From positions 7,130,001 to 7,194,000 of the forward strand of contig NC_090404.1 in NCBI RefSeq assembly GCF_036365525.1: a stretch of 64,000 nt of DNA, given 5' to 3'. Position numbers and translations under genes: made by a program. The notes beneath the pieces were generated by a model. It had not been told where the DNA came from. It made no database searches and saw only the letters and a program-made list of their open reading frames with translations. This document shows, piece by piece, positions 10,900-24,710 of the stretch; the first letter of the stretch is position 1, and every line of letters starts with the position of its first letter. The stretch is from Heterodontus francisci (taxonomy: Eukaryota).

Positions 10900-13235
10900 T
10901 GAAGGAACCAATAGGAGGGGAAAATATACTTGCCCTTGTCCTAACCAATCTGTCTGCCGCACATGCATCTGTCCATGACAATATTTGTACGAGTGACCAC
11001 CGCACAGTCCTTGTGGAGACAAAGTCCCGTCTTCATCATGAGGATACCCTCCATCGTTGTGTGGCACGACCACCGTGTTAAATGAGATAGATTTCGAACA
11101 GACATAGCAATGCAAAACTGAGCATCCATGAGGCGCTGTGGGCCATCAGCAGCAGCAAAACTTTACAACTGCAATCTGTAACCTCATGGCCCAGCATAAT
11201 CCCCAGTCTATCATTGTGAATCATCAGCGAACATCCCCACTTCTGATCTTATGATTGAAGGAAAGCCAGGGAACCAACCCTGGCTCAATGAAGAGTGCAG
11301 AAGGGCAAGCCAGAAGCAGCACCAGGCATACCTCAAAATGAGGTGTCAACCTGCTGAAGCTGCAACACAGGACTACTTGCTTGCCAAACAGCGTAAGCAG
11401 CATGCGATAGACAGAGCTAAACGATCCCATAACCAACGGATATGATCTAAGCTCTGCAGTCCTGCCACATCCAGCCATGAATGGTGGTGGACAATTAAAC
11501 AACGAACCGAAAGAGGTGGCCACAAATATCCCCATCCTCAATGATGGGGGAGCACAGCACATCAGTGCAAAAGATAAGGCCAAATCAGTTGCAATAATCT
11601 TCAGCCAGAAGTGCCGAGTGGATGATCCATCTCAGCCTCCTCCTGAAGTCCCCAGCATCACAGATGCCAGACCGAAGGCACTGGATACTGCAAGGTGTAT
11701 GGGACCTGACAACGTCCCAGCAATTTTACTGACGACCTGTGCTCCAGAACTTGCTGCGCCCCTAGCCAAGCTGTTCCAGTACAACTACAACACTGGCATC
11801 TGCCCGGCAATGTGGAAAATTGCCCAGGCATGTCTGGTACTCTAAAAGCAGGCCAAATCCAACCCGGCCAATTACATCCGCCAAACCACCCCCCGCCCCC
11901 ACCCCACCTCCCCACAAGTCCACGTTCAATCATCAGTAAAGTGATGGAAGGTGCCGTCGAAAGTGCTATCGTGCAGCATTTACTTAGCAATAACCTGCTC
12001 AGTGACGCTACGTTTGGGTTCCGCCAGGGCCACTCAGGGGCCGACCTCTTTACAGCCTTGGTTCAAGCATAGAAAAAAGAGCTGAACGCAAGAGGTGAGG
12101 CGAGAGTGACTGCCCTTTACATCAAGGCAACATTTGACTGAGTATGACAGCAAGGAACCCTAGCAAAACTGAGGTCAATGGGAAACAGGGGAAAACTCTC
12201 CACTGGTTGGAGTCGTACCTAGCGCAAAGGAAGATGGTTGTCGTTGTTGGAGGTCAATCATCTCAGCTCCAGGACATCACTGCAGGCGTTCCTCAGGGTA
12301 ATGTCCTAGGCCCCACCATTTTCAGCTGCTTCATCAATGACCTTCCTTCAATCATAAGGTCGGAAGTGGGGATGTTTGCTGATGATTGCACAATGTCCAG
12401 CACCATTCATGACTCCTCAGATACTGAAGCAGTCCGTGTAGAAATGCAGCAAGACCTGGACAATATCCAGGCTCGGGCTGATAAGCAGCAAATAACATTC
12501 GTGCCACACAAGTACCAGGCAATGACCATCTCCAACAAGAGAGAATCTAGCCATCTCCCCTTGACATTCAATGGCGTTACCATCGCTGAATCCCCCACTG
12601 TCAACATCCTGAGGGTCACCATTGACCAGAAACTGAACTGGAGTAGCCATATAAGAGCTACAAGAGCAGGTCAGATGCGAGGAATCCTGCGGCAAGTAAC
12701 TCACCTCTTGACGCTCCAAAGCCTGTCCACTATCTACAAGGCACAAATCAGGAGTGTGATAGAATACTCTCCACTAGCCTGGATGGGTGCAGCTCCAACA
12801 ATACTCAAGAAGTTCGACACCATCCAAGACAAAGCAGCCCGCTTGATTGTCACCACATCCACAAACATTCACTCCCTCCACCACCGCACACAGTGGCAGC
12901 AGTGTGTACCACCTACAGGATGCACTGCAGCAGCGCACCAAGGCTCCTTCGACAGCACCTTCCAAACCCGCGGCCTCTACCATATAGAAAGACAAGAGCA
13001 GCAAATGGTTGGGAACAACACCACCTGCAAGTTCCCCTCCAAGCCACACACCATCCCGATTTGGAACTATATCACCATTCCTTCCCTGTCGCTGGGGGAA
13101 ATCCTGGAACTGCCTGCCTAACAGCACTGTGGGTGTCCCTACCCCACATGGAATGCAGCGATTCAAGAAGGCTACTCACCACCACCTTCTCAAGGGCAAT
13201 TAGCGACGCCCACATCCCATCAATGAAATAAAAAG
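10900..13235 (+). mobile_element. CR1/L2-group non-LTR retrotransposon, 5'-truncated, degraded RT
   Basis: MGPDNVPAILLTTCAPELAAPLAKLFQ, FGFRQGHS, GVPQGNVLGPTIFSCFINDL, MFADD; A-rich tail at ~13225. Confidence 0.88.
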
Positions 13236-13239
13236 CACA

Positions 13240-13725
13240 TTCATCTGCTTTATCCTCCTATTTGTATACTTACTTGCGCGTGATACGAAGAATAATCTGG
13301 AGATTACTACTTCTGAGCTCTGGCATGCTAATTTCCTATTTATCTCCCAAAATTCTGATGAAAAAGACCACATCCCCCTTTCTGCCGATGTCATTGGACC
13401 ACGACTGCTGGCTGTTTACGATCTCCCCATCAGGGTGCGCTGCAGACATTCGGTCACATGTTTGACCCTGGCACCAGGAAGGCAACACACCATCCTGGAT
13501 TCACATCTGCATCCACAGAACGCTGTTTATTCCCCTAACGATCGAATCTCCTACCCCTGTTGCTCTTGCAGTCTTCTTTTCGCCCTCTGCGCAGCTGAGC
13601 CAAGCGTGGTGCCATGGACGTGGATCTGGCTGCACTTCCCAGATGAACCAAAACTTTTATTAGTATTCAGAACTGAATACTGATTGGAGAGTGAGATGCA
13701 CTTGGGTTGCAGACACTTCTGCGCC
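13240..13725 (-). mobile_element. CR1 ORF1 (SGNH esterase-like) fragment
   Basis: Minus strand reads VGDSIVRG..MVCCLPGARVKHV; LSNQYSVL. Confidence 0.7.
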
Positions 13726-13739
13726 GTCTTTTGCTGGGC

Positions 13740-13965
13740 TCCCACGTCATTGAGGATGAGGGTGAATTTGGAACCTCTTTCTCCTGTTAGCTGTTTAATT
13801 GTCCAACATCGTTCATGACTGTATGTGGCAGGACTGTGGAGCTTTAATCTGATCCATTGGTCGTGGGACTACTTCGCTCTGTGTATCGCATGCTGCTTCC
13901 GCTGTTTAGCATGTATGTAGTTCTGTGTTGTCGCCTCCTCAGATTGACACCGCATTTTTAAGTCT
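13740..13965 (-). mobile_element. LINE fragment, reverse copy of ~11335-11550
   Basis: Reverse-complement similarity (tgtttaattgtcc..tgtggcaggactg..tatcgcatgctgctt). Confidence 0.75.
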
Positions 13966-15234
13966 ATGGAGACTAAAAACCCGGGCAGCTCCTGGCTGGA
14001 AGGAAGTTGGGTTTATACTCACTCTTGTAATGACTGGACCATTGAGGGCAGTGGGTCCCATACTTCACAGCGCCTGAGAAAGGCCCCAATCTGTGGCACG
14101 GGCCGCGTTACATTCTGAGACAACCCGCGACAAACGCGCACTTCCGCAAAAGGTTTAACCAAGGCTTTTTATATCCCCGCGTGGACAAACTTTCACTTTT
14201 ATGGATTAAGATCGAGTGGTATTTTAATGGAAAGTGAAGTCGGTTTTCTTTTCAATCAGTTGCTCTTTTATCTAAACGGCTAACATGGGCAGTATGTGAC
14301 ATCTCACAAACATGGCGGACGTCAGTTTGACTGGCAGTGGGTGACGTCACAATGCTTCCCCTCGTCACCGCACTGTGATTTGCTGTTTCCAACATTGATT
14401 CAGGGTCAGGGGTCACGAGCCATCTCCAGCCTCCTCTCAGCACCTGTGACCCCGAACTCAGAACTGTGACCCCGAAGGGTTTCGTCTCGACATCTTAAAG
14501 GGGGCGTCACCAGTGAGACTGGTGCCTGGAAAAAGGACAGAAAGACCGAGAGACACAGCGAGGGAGGCTAAAGCTAAATATAGCTTAGAGGGCAGGACGG
14601 CCCAGAATGATAGTGGTGGGGGAGGAGTGGGGGGAGAGATTGGAGCAGAGAAAGAGTTCAAGCATCAACGCCACCCAGTCCCAAATATAATTCTGAGCCG
14701 TTAAGAAGGGTCGTTAATTCTTCTCTGCCTGAATCTGATTTGATATTCAACCACAGGAGACCTCGCGCCTGAACATCAGGAGTGCAGAGAAAAATGCATT
14801 CAAAGGACAATGTCGGAAGATACTGGGGTCGGAACAGAAAGCTCTGGTGATGTTCCCGTGACCGGGAGGTACCGAAAGAATCTGATGAGACAGTGACGAA
14901 GGAGGAGAGAAATTTCAATTTGTGAAAGTATGAGGTTCACTGGCGGATCCCGGGGCTAATTTTTAGGGAGATGGTATAAGAGGGAATGGAGCAGGGAGAG
15001 AGGATCCCTGGTGTGATGTTCAGTGAGTTCAGGGAGATGGTATCAGATGGAATCGAGCAGAGAAGAGAGAAAGGTCATCAGAGAAACATGTGACAGAGGG
15101 GCAGGGGTAACAGGTATTGCAGAAAAGGTGAAGGCAGAAAGTTGGCGTGTGCATAACAGAAAAGTGGAGAGTGTATGTGAGACAGATTAGCTGGAGTGTG
15201 CGGGTTGTGTGAATAACAGAAAATGTGAAGACAG

Positions 15235-15630
15235 AGTCTCTGTATCTGATAGACCTCAGTCTCCTGGAATCATTCCTCCAATTTGTGCTCTCTTTTGTGT
15301 CAGATGTGCCCCAGGCTCTGGGAATCATTCCAGGGATTGTGCTCCCCTGTTTGTCAGATCGGCTTCAGGCTTTGGAAATTATTCCCAGGAATTTTCCTCC
15401 CCTGTTTGTCACATAGTTTTTGGGCATGGGAAATCATTACCCGGGGTCGTCCTCTCTGGTTCATTAGATAGGCCCAAGGTTCTGGCATCATTCTTAGAAT
15501 TTGTGCTCCTTGTCGTATCAGATAGACCCCGGCTCTTGAAATAATTCCCAGCATTTGTGTTCGATGGTATATTGTGTCAGATATGCACCAGTCTCCAGAA
15601 ATCATGCCAGGGTTTGTGCTCTCTCATGTG
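15235..15630. repeat. Degenerate ~54-bp tandem repeat (~7 units)
   Basis: Units such as cagatgtgccccaggctctgggaatcattccagggattgtgctcccctgtttgt. Confidence 0.75.
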
Positions 15631-15885
15631 TTATATATCTAACCTGTGCTGTATCTGTTCTGAGAATGTTTAAAGGAACAGTGCAGAGAGAGCTCCCCTG
15701 TGTAACTAACCTGTGCCGTGCCTGCCCTGGGAGTGTTTGATGGGACAGTGGGGACGGAGATTTACTCTGTTTCGAACCGGTGCTTTGCCTGTCCTGGGAG
15801 TGTTTTATGGGAGAGTGCAAAGCGAGCTTTATTCCCTATCAAACCTGTAACGTGCCTGTCCTGGAAAGGTTTGATGGGACAGTAT
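15630..15885. repeat. ~60-bp minisatellite (reverse orientation of 225-544 family)
   Basis: cctgccctgggagtgtttgatgggacagtg units. Confidence 0.8.
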
Positions 15886-16249
15886 TCCTCCATGTATCAG
15901 ACTGCGATGGAGCAGAGCGCTGCTCTTTAATATAACCTGGCACATGACTGTGGCAGACCATAAGATGGGAGAATTCAGTGAGGTGCTCCAGGTCACTGTC
16001 CGGTCATTCTGCCACTGGGAGTGGCAAGATACGGCAGAACGAAAGGTGTCTTTACTCTGAAGGGACTCTGGTTGGCACTGCAGCTCCTTCACCGAAGAGC
16101 CTTGGGATTAAACGCAACCCGGACAGGACTGGTGCCATATTGCTGTCAGGAAAGTGAGGAAACGTGTAATCGGGAAAAGGGAGCTGTGTAGAGGGTCATT
16201 AGGGCAAGGAATTCAGCCAAGTCCAAGTTAGTCCATGTGTTACTCAATA

Positions 16250-16255
16250 TTTATT
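16250..16255 (-). promoter_or_regulatory. Poly(A) signal of membrane-form mu mRNA
   Basis: AATAAA on minus strand ~420 nt after the TM2 stop. Confidence 0.6.
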
Positions 16256-16674
16256 AACAATTTTAAAAAAGAACATTTTACAGAGAGGATTTAAAGAAAG
16301 GTCCAAAATGAATATAACAACTTTACGTCACATTGAGTACAGAACACATATGATCTGAGCTGCCAGCTCTCTGTAAAACTGTAACAGAGCAGAGAGAGAA
16401 AACGGAGCTCAACATAAAAAGGGACCACTTGTGAATAAGGAATAGTTACTTATTTACACATGAAATTCAAACGAAGGTGAAACTCGAAGACGCATTTACA
16501 TTAGAGCCACGATTATCCCACATATTTTAAAGAGGAAAACGGGAATACTATTTATGATTCTCTCAGCTACAGATTCAGAACTATAAATTGAAGGCATTTT
16601 ACTGTTGGTGTTTTTCTGTTATGCAGAGATGTTTAAAAAACGAGGAAAATCCAGGGTGGCATAAATTCACTCGA

Positions 16675-16683
16675 TCACTTGAC
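16675..16683 (-). CDS. IGHM: IgM heavy chain TM2 exon (VK*)
   Basis: ttttacag|GTC AAG TGA; completes the cytoplasmic KVK tail. Confidence 0.93.
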   Translation of the reverse strand, partial: VK

Positions 16684-16822
16684 CTGTAAAAGAGGGATAA
16701 AGGAGTGAAGCAGAGATTTCGTGGTTCGGGACATTCATCTCAAGGTTAAATTTATGAAACTTTTAGAGATTTGCGAAACAACTTCAGTTAAATTGAAGTG
16801 TGAGTGGATTGAATATTCTCAC

Positions 16823-16950
16823 CTTCACCAGAGTGACGGCAGCACTGTAGAAAATGCTCAAGAAGAACAGGATGATGAATGTGGAAGCGGTTGTCCAGAT
16901 GTTGCCGCTCTCTTCCTCATTGTCTTCAATCCAGATGTGGTCTGAGGAAT
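16823..16950 (-). CDS. IGHM: IgM heavy chain TM1 exon
   Basis: ag|(D)SSDHIWIEDNEEESGNIWTTASTFIILFFLSIFYSAAVTLVK|gtgaga; CART-type motif; 128 nt, phase 1 to 0. Confidence 0.95.
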
Positions 16951-17559
16951 CTACGCGGATATAGAGGAGGAAATATATTCAAATAGTTTATTAATCCAGC
17001 ATATATTTTGCATTCGAATGTCTCTTCCTTCAGCTATTATTGGTTTTCTAATTTAATTTTCAATGTGTGGCTATTAAGTTAATCATGCTCAGTAATCTAT
17101 CTCTGTTACCAACTCCACAATTATTCTTCCTTTATCATCGTCCTCCAGGCCTTATTGGAAAATGTGTCAGTTTTTTCTTCAGTGTCAGGCGCTTTTTTAT
17201 TTTAGATGCAGTTGCGGTTTTTCTTAAGGGATTATTATGGTGAAATATGAGATATCGAGGGAGGTTTACTGATCGATAACAATTATTTTGAAGATGGGTT
17301 CGGATATCTACTTATTTGGAGATTGTCAATTGTGCTGAGTAAGAGCTCGGATGCGAGTTCCAATCTTATTTGTATGTGATGAATGTCGCTTGAAAATCAT
17401 TTACATTCCTCAGTTTCTAAGTGAGAATTTTGCTTCGTTATCTTTTTAGGTCCACCGTGCATTCGGGAAGTTGTTGGAGATGGTGTCCATTCAATCAGTG
17501 CATTTGAATTCTACTTTCGTCAACAGCCTGGCGATTTTGTCTGCGCATTTAGTGTTTGT

Positions 17560-18480
17560 GCAAATGTGTACGAGTATCTTCCTTTGCATCACTCTCTGTT
17601 TCCATGTGTACGTGTGTGTGTGTGAGTGTTAATGTGTGGGAACAATGTAGTTGTTTGGGTGCCCATGTGTGTGTCAATGCGCGTGTTTATATGTTAATGC
17701 CTGTGTGTATGTGTCCATGTATGTTAGTGTGTTAATGTGCCAATGTGCATTGATTTGTGTAATCAAGTAGCCGTCTGTGTGTGTTTGGTGTGTGTGTATG
17801 TGTGTGTTTGTGGTGTGTATATGTGTGTGTGTAAGTCTATGTGAGTTGTGTTTCTTTATCCGTCTTTGTTTATGAGCGGTTGATGTTTATTTATGTCGGT
17901 GTCTGTGTCCCTATGCGTGTGTTAATATCTGTGTTTCTGTGTTGATGGATGTGTTTATGTTTCCCTGTGTTTCAATGTGTGTTTATATGTCCATGTGTGT
18001 GTGCTAATGTGTTATTTATGCCTGCTTGTGTCCCCATGAGTGTGCGAATGTATGTTTTTGTTGATGTCTACGTTTATGTATTAATGCATATATTAATGTG
18101 TGTTTATGTGAGCATGTGTGCGAATGTATGTGCTGATGTGCGCGCTTGTGTATCCATGTTAATATTGGTGTCTATTTGTTTGTGAGTGTGTTAATGTGTT
18201 AGTGTGTCTGTTTATCTGTGTGCATATGTACGCGAGTCTGTTAATATGCGAGTGTATGTGTCCATGTATGTGTTAATGTGTGTGATGGTGTGTGCTTTGA
18301 TGTCTCGGTTTCTGCTTTCGTGAGACTGCACTAACGTGTGCATTTATGTTCGTGTTTGCGTATGTGACTGTGGGAATCTTGCTTTCAGCGTTTGGGTTTG
18401 TTTGTGTATGTAGATGCATATGTGTGTTTGTACATGTGCGTGTGTTTATGTGTTTGTTTATGTCCGTGTGCCTGTACATT
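17560..18480. repeat. Degenerate (TG)n low-complexity tract in the Cmu4-TM1 intron
   Basis: Direct read. Confidence 0.9.
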
Positions 18481-19519
18481 TTTATTATTAAACGAAGTTT
18501 CAGAGAGTACAAATAACCGCGTCTAGCCCTGACGGTGTGCACTGTAGAGAATATTCTTTATCGTTCTGTGCGTAAATCTATTCTGTGCGAGATGCAATAT
18601 GACATCAGCTGGATGAATGCAACAATGAAAATGATGGGCCTCGGCACAACAGGAATAGTGGATGATTAAATCACCAGTTAGATTTAGACTATTGGAATTT
18701 AATCTGTCAGGGAACGTGGCCAACAGGAAAATGTTTTAAGATATCATGTTGCATAAAGATATATTTTGCAATATATTTCCCACGTGGAATGTTTAAACCT
18801 TCGTACAGTGAACTGGAAGCCGACTTCGAACTGATGGCAATTGAATCCGATCATGAAGAGCAGTTGGCTTCCAATCTCTCTGCAGGGGGAGTGGGAGTAT
18901 AGTGGGTTAACAAATGCCCTTACTCCTTTCTCTGTCGAGGAATTGGTGAGGAGTGGGGGGCCTATTACAGTAGGTCCACAATTGCCTTCCTTCTCTATTG
19001 GTGAAGTGGAGTAACAGTGGATTAACAATTACCCTTTCCCCCTCTCTGTTTAGGATGTGGATCTACAGTAGATTAATAAATTGTACTTTCCCCTCTTTCT
19101 GATGGAGAATTGTGAGTGCAGATCGTACTTGTGTGTGGCCTTCGGTTCAGTTCCCACAGCATGTGATGCTGAAACTGCAAACTGACCTCAATACCGAAGG
19201 GGTGGACAACACGAGAAGCAGGAACACCGATTACTAAATGCACTTCGTTTGTTCGTTAGAAAAGGGAAATTTTCAGATATCCCCAGACAAGGCAGGAGGA
19301 AAGCTAAGTTGCTGGTGTTACCTTCCGGAATCCTGTAATGAATCAGTTTTCCTCTGTCGCTAACCTGTGATATCTGAGTTGGGAGCACTGATTGCACAAG
19401 ACTTGGGCCCGAGACCTGCAAATATCCCACTTTAGATGAATAGATCTACCCTGAGAAAATGTGGGAAGCAGAATTAATTGAGCGCTTGTGTATTTGAATC
19501 GTGATTGGAGGAAAATGTC

Positions 19520-19535
19520 TTTATTGATTTTTATT
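19520..19535 (-). promoter_or_regulatory. Tandem poly(A) signals for secretory mu mRNA
   Basis: AATAAA at 19530-19535 and 19520-19525, 30-45 nt after the secretory stop. Confidence 0.75.
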
Positions 19536-19563
19536 TAAGAATTAAAATGCAATCGAGAGATTC

Positions 19564-19955
19564 TCATTGACATGAATTGACAGTGTCCAACAGTGCAAGG
19601 GAAATGTTCACAAAACTCGGTTTACCGCTGGATTTATTAACTGTTCTGTTGATGATCTTCAAGGGGATCGCTTCATGTCCCACCACACAGGAGTAAGAAG
19701 CGCCGCTGGCCCACTCCTCCGCTGCAATGGATAACAGGCTGTAGATGAAGTAGGAGCTATTGTCGTTCTCTGCCATCACCTCGGTGTTCTTGTAGTTGCC
19801 AGGATTCACCGACTTGTCATTGACGGTCCACTTGACGAAGATCTCTCGGGGGGAGAAACCTCTCACTAAGCAGGTGAGGGAGAGGAACCTCTGAGCGGAG
19901 ACATCGTCTGCCGGGGGCAGGAGGACAGATACGGACGGTTCCCGCAGATCTTTAT
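19564..19955 (-). CDS. IGHM: IgM Cmu4 exon plus secretory tailpiece
   Basis: cag|(N)[74 protein letters not shown]. Internal donor G|GTAAA at 19626/19625 for TM splicing; NIS glycosylation site and penultimate Cys. Confidence 0.97.
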
Positions 19956-20457
19956 CTGCAGAAAAATTAAAATAGATGTCAATAAACTGGATAATTCCAC
20001 AGACAATTAAACCGTTGGTTAGATGTGAGAGGAATGTGATTTGTGCTGAATTTTAAAGGTTTTCCTTTTCCCCTCTGCGGTCTGTCCTGTTTTCCAGCCC
20101 GGAGCAGAGGCGGATGCAATCCCCTTCGCAGAGAACTTAAAGGATTAGACTGGAAAATTACATAGAAGTAAAAAGCACAGGAACAGGCAATTCAACCCAG
20201 CTAGCCTGTGCTGGTGTTTATGCCGCCCACGAACCTCCTCCCACCTCACTTCATCTCTTTCTATTCCTTTCTCCCTCATCTACTTATCTAGCTTCCCCTT
20301 AAATGCATCACCTCTGGTTCCAGAGCGTTTCGTTTGAGGAATTACAATTAAATTATCAGAATAATCCATGAGAAGACTTAACAGGACGAATTGTTCCTTG
20401 CACAAACACCGGAAATAAGCACAACCTCTCACTTATTGTTTCAATCTCACCGCTCAC

Positions 20458-20766
20458 TTTTTTCCTTGTGGATGAAATCTCTGAGAGGAGTCGGCAGATC
20501 CTGATGGCTCACCACACAGTAGAAATCAACCCCACTCAGCCAGGATTGTGCCGAGATGTCTACGGTGCTGATCACACTGTCGGAATCCTCTCCGGGTTGC
20601 ACGGCAATCTCAGATTTCAAAGGCTTCTGTTCTTGTGTCCAGGACACGTTGACACCATAAGGAGCATTAGACACGACGCAGGTTAAGGTCACCGTCGCCT
20701 CCAGTAAGACCTGTTCTATTGATGGTGGCAGTAGTTTAATTACTGGATCATTGCAGGAACAAGGAA
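20458..20766 (-). CDS. IGHM: IgM Cmu3 exon
   Basis: cag|(V)[45 protein letters not shown]|gtgagc; 309 nt, phase 1-1. Confidence 0.96.
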
Positions 20767-21332
20767 CTGTAAAACAGATATGAAAGTCAAACAAAGATTC
20801 ATCTTCAGAATCAGACACCAATATTCAGCCTTCACTGTCTCTAGGAGAATAAATCAACTTCGAGACATCGAACTCAGACTTTTGCTTTATTAATATCGTT
20901 TATTGGAAGGACAACAACCTGAAAAAGCTTCCGGGAGATTCTATAACATATACTGTGTACTTGCACCCTAAAAAGCCTATAATGGGCTTTGAAGCAAGTA
21001 CCCAGAGTAAAAATCGAATAATTGCGGGAGAAATTGTGTTGTGCACTGAATAATGTTCTTCCCGAAATCCCTTCGGAGCAAGCTCGAAGGGCCGTATGGC
21101 CTACTCCTGTTCCTAATTCGGATGTTCGTTTGTTAGTATTCCACCCATCTATCAGTCCTTGCACCGGATCACATCTCCTCTAAATATAATGGCTCTGACA
21201 CCCACGAGCTCTTTATCTAATTCACACTGGCTCATAACGAGAGTCAAATGAAATCCCGAATTTTAGGCCCAACAGGAAACAAACTTAATTTTCTTGCGCC
21301 TTGTCACGGTATTTGGGGAGAGGAAAATGTTT

Positions 21333-21669
21333 AGATTTCAGATTTAGAGATACAGCACTGAAACAGGCCCTTCGGCGCACCGAGTCTGTGCCGACCATTA
21401 ACCACCCATTTATACTAATCCTACACTAATCCCATATTCCTGCCATATCCTCACCTGTCCCTATATTCCCCTCCCACCTACCTATGCTAGGGGCAATTTA
21501 TAATGGCCAATTTACCTATCAACCTGCAAGTCTTTTGGCTGAGGGAGGAAACCAGAGCACCCGGAGGAAACCCACGCAGACACAGGGAGAACTTGCAAAC
21601 TCCACACAGGCAGTACCCAGAATTGAACCCGGGTCGCTGGAGTTGTGAGGCTGCGGTGCTAACCACTGC
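21333..21669 (-). mobile_element. tRNA-derived V-SINE (HE1-like)
   Basis: Minus: CAGTGGTTAGCACC..GGTTCAATTC Pol III boxes, core GTGGGTTTCCTCCGGGTGCTCTGGTTTCCTCCC, CR1-like tail. Confidence 0.85.
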
Positions 21670-21849
21670 ATATGAAGGAACCAATCGGAGGAGGGGTGAA
21701 AAATCGGGAAAATGCACTTCTGAGGAATCGTTTTGAGGTGCAGAATAACTTACAATAACGGTATGAGGCAGTTTCCTTATATCTGTAATGAGTCAGAACC
21801 CCTCAAATGTCAGTCTGCAGTCAGAAGGCGATCTGACAAGAGGGCAATA

Positions 21850-22280
21850 ATAGAAACATAGGAAAAAGCGTAGGCCATTCAGCCCCTCCAGCCTGTTCTG
21901 CCATTCAAATAGGCAATGGCTGACCTGCATCTTAATCCCGTCTGCCCAAATGCGATCCTTAATAGTCTTGCCTTGCATAAATCTATCAATCTCAACATTA
22001 AAATTTCCAATTGATGCCAAACTTCAAGAGCGAATTGAGGGAGAGAATACCAGATCACCGATAGCCTCTGCATAAATGTTAGCTTCCTGATATCATCCCT
22101 GAATAACCTTGGTCTAATTTGAAAGTTATGCCCCCTTGCTCTCGAGTCCCTCACCAGAGGAAATATTTTTCTCCATTGACTCCATCAATTGCAGTAAACA
22201 TCTTAAACACCTCAATTAGATCCCCCTTCAATCCTGAAAGCAATGCCAGTTTGGTCTGTGAAATCTGTCCTCTTAATTTA
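21850..22280 (-). mobile_element. CR1-like LINE 3' fragment
   Basis: GDLIEVFKM, SRARGHNFQI. Confidence 0.75.
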
Positions 22281-22519
22281 ACCCGTTCAGCCGCGCTACA
22301 ATTCAAGTCAGTTTCTGTTGCACCACTCCCACGGCCAATAGATTCCTCCTGAACTCCGGAGTTCTGAATTGAACACAGTTTTCGAAATCGATGCTCTTTC
22401 TGGCGCTTGATCCCGAGGCTGTAACCGGGAAACGTCCAGCCACTTATTGCCGCTCTGAATATAATCAGCCAACTCAAGATAAATCTGATATCAAGGCCAC
22501 CTCATTCACTATGTGACAT

Positions 22520-24495
22520 CAATGAGATGTAAGACTGAGGATTGGGAGTTTTAGAAACCAGCAAAGGACAACCAAAAAGTTGATAAAAAGGGGAAAAAAT
22601 AGAATTTGAGAGTAAACTAGCCATCAATATAAAAATAGTTTGGAAGATCTTTTATAAGAACATAAAAAGGAAAAGAGAAGCCAAAGTAGACGTTGGTCCC
22701 TGAGAGGCAGAGACAGGAGAAATCATCATGGGGAATGAGGAAATGGCAGAGGCATTGAACAAATATTTTGTGTCTGTCTTCACAGTAGAAGACACAAGTT
22801 CCATACCAGAAACAGGCAGTAATCTAGGTGCTAAAAAGAGTGAGAAAATTAAGGATATTGATATCAGCCGAGAAAAAGTATTGGAGAAACTTGACAGAGT
22901 AAAATCTGACAAGTTCCCAGGACCTGATGGCTTACATCCTGGGGTTCTAAAAGAGATAACTGCAGAGATATTGGATGTGATGGCTATGACTTTCCAGAAT
23001 TCCTCAGATTCAAGAATGGTCCCATCAGCTTGGATGTTATGGCAAATGTTATGCCGCTTTTCAAGAAAGGAGGTAGAGAGAAAACAAGGAACTACAATCC
23101 AGTTAGCCTGACGTCAGTCGTTGGAAAGATGCTGGAAACTATTATTAAAGAAGTCTTGACATTACACTTGGAAAAGCATAGTATGATTAGAACAAGTCAG
23201 CGTGGTGTTACTAAAGGGAGATACTGTTTAACAAATGTATTAGAGATTTCTGAGGATGTAACTAGTAGGGCAGATAAAGGGGAACGAGTAGATGCAGTAT
23301 ACCTGGCCTTTCAAAAGGCATTCAGTAAGGTACCACATAAAAGAATAATATGCAAGGTCAGGGCACATGGTGCTGGAGGTAGTATATCAGCGCGGACAAA
23401 GGATTGGTTAACAGACAGGAAGCAGAGAGTGGGCATAAATGAGGCATTTTTAAGTTGGAAGGCAGTGAATAGTGGGGTGCCGCAAGGATCAGTGCTGGTG
23501 TCTCAGCTATTTACACTCTATATTAATGACTTGGAAGAAAAGACAGAGAGTAATATATCTAAGTTTGCTGATGATACAAAGTTCAGTGGAAAGGTAAGCT
23601 GTGGGGAGGATATATGGAGAGGCTGCAAAGAGATATAGACAGGTTAAGTGAGTGGGCAGCAAGTTGGCAAATGGAGTATTATATAGGGAGTTCTGAAATT
23701 GTTCACTTTGGTCGTAAAAATAGAAAAGCCAAATATTTTGGAAGGAGTGAAAATGGTAAGTGTTAATGTTCCAAGAGACTTGGGGGTACTCGTACAAGGA
23801 ACACACAAAGTTACCATGCAAGTGCATCCGGCTATTAGGAAGGTAAATGGCATGTTGGCCTTTTGTGCAAGGAGATTGGAGTACAGGAATAAAGAAGTCT
23901 TACCAAAATTGTACAGGGCTTTGGTGAGATCGCAAATGGAATACTGTGTGCAGTTTTGGCCTTCACATTGAAGAAAGGATGTCCTTGCACTTGAGGCAGT
24001 GCTGTGAAGATTTACTAAATTGGCCGCATTGGTTGATGGGCTTGTCCGGTGATGAGAGACTGAGTAAATTGGGCCGATATTCTCTGGCGTTTAGAAGAAT
24101 GAAAGGCAATCTAATTGAGACACACGAGATTCTGAAAGGGCTTGATCGGGTAGAAGCTGAGAGATTGTTCCCATTGGTCAGGCAATCGAAAACACGGGGA
24201 AGCAGCCTCAGGATAAGGAGCCAATAATTCAGGACTGAGATGAGAAGAAATTACTGCACTCAAAGAATTGTGAATCTTTGGAATTCTCCACCACAGAGGG
24301 TTGTGGATGCTCCATCATTGAATACATTTAAGGCTGGCATAGATAGATGTCTGGTCTCGCGGGTAATCAAGGGATATGGGGAGCGGGCAGGAAAGTGGAA
24401 TTGAAGCCCAAGAACAGCCATGATCGTATTGAATGGCGAAGCAGGCTCGATGGGCCATATGGTCTACTTCTGATCCTATTTCTTGTGTTCTTGTA
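22520..24495 (+). mobile_element. CR1-like LINE (degraded RT and 3' end) in the Cmu2-Cmu3 intron
   Basis: EMAEALNKYF, PGPDGLHP, NYNPVSLTSVVGKMLE, SGVPQGSVL, SKFADD. Confidence 0.92.
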
Positions 24496-24710
24496 TCAAA
24501 GCAGAGGGAACCATTTTGTGGTGATGTAATAACATGTTGAACCGTGAGCAAACCTAATTCAGCACTCACAGCGGAACAAAGCAAAATAAAACCTACATGA
24601 TGGTAAATTAGAAATTATTCTGTGATTTGTACTAATTCCAATAATTTCCTGCCTTTGATATTCATCATAGAACAGAATGATCTGGAGCTTTCTCCATTGG
24701 TGTCTCTTAC

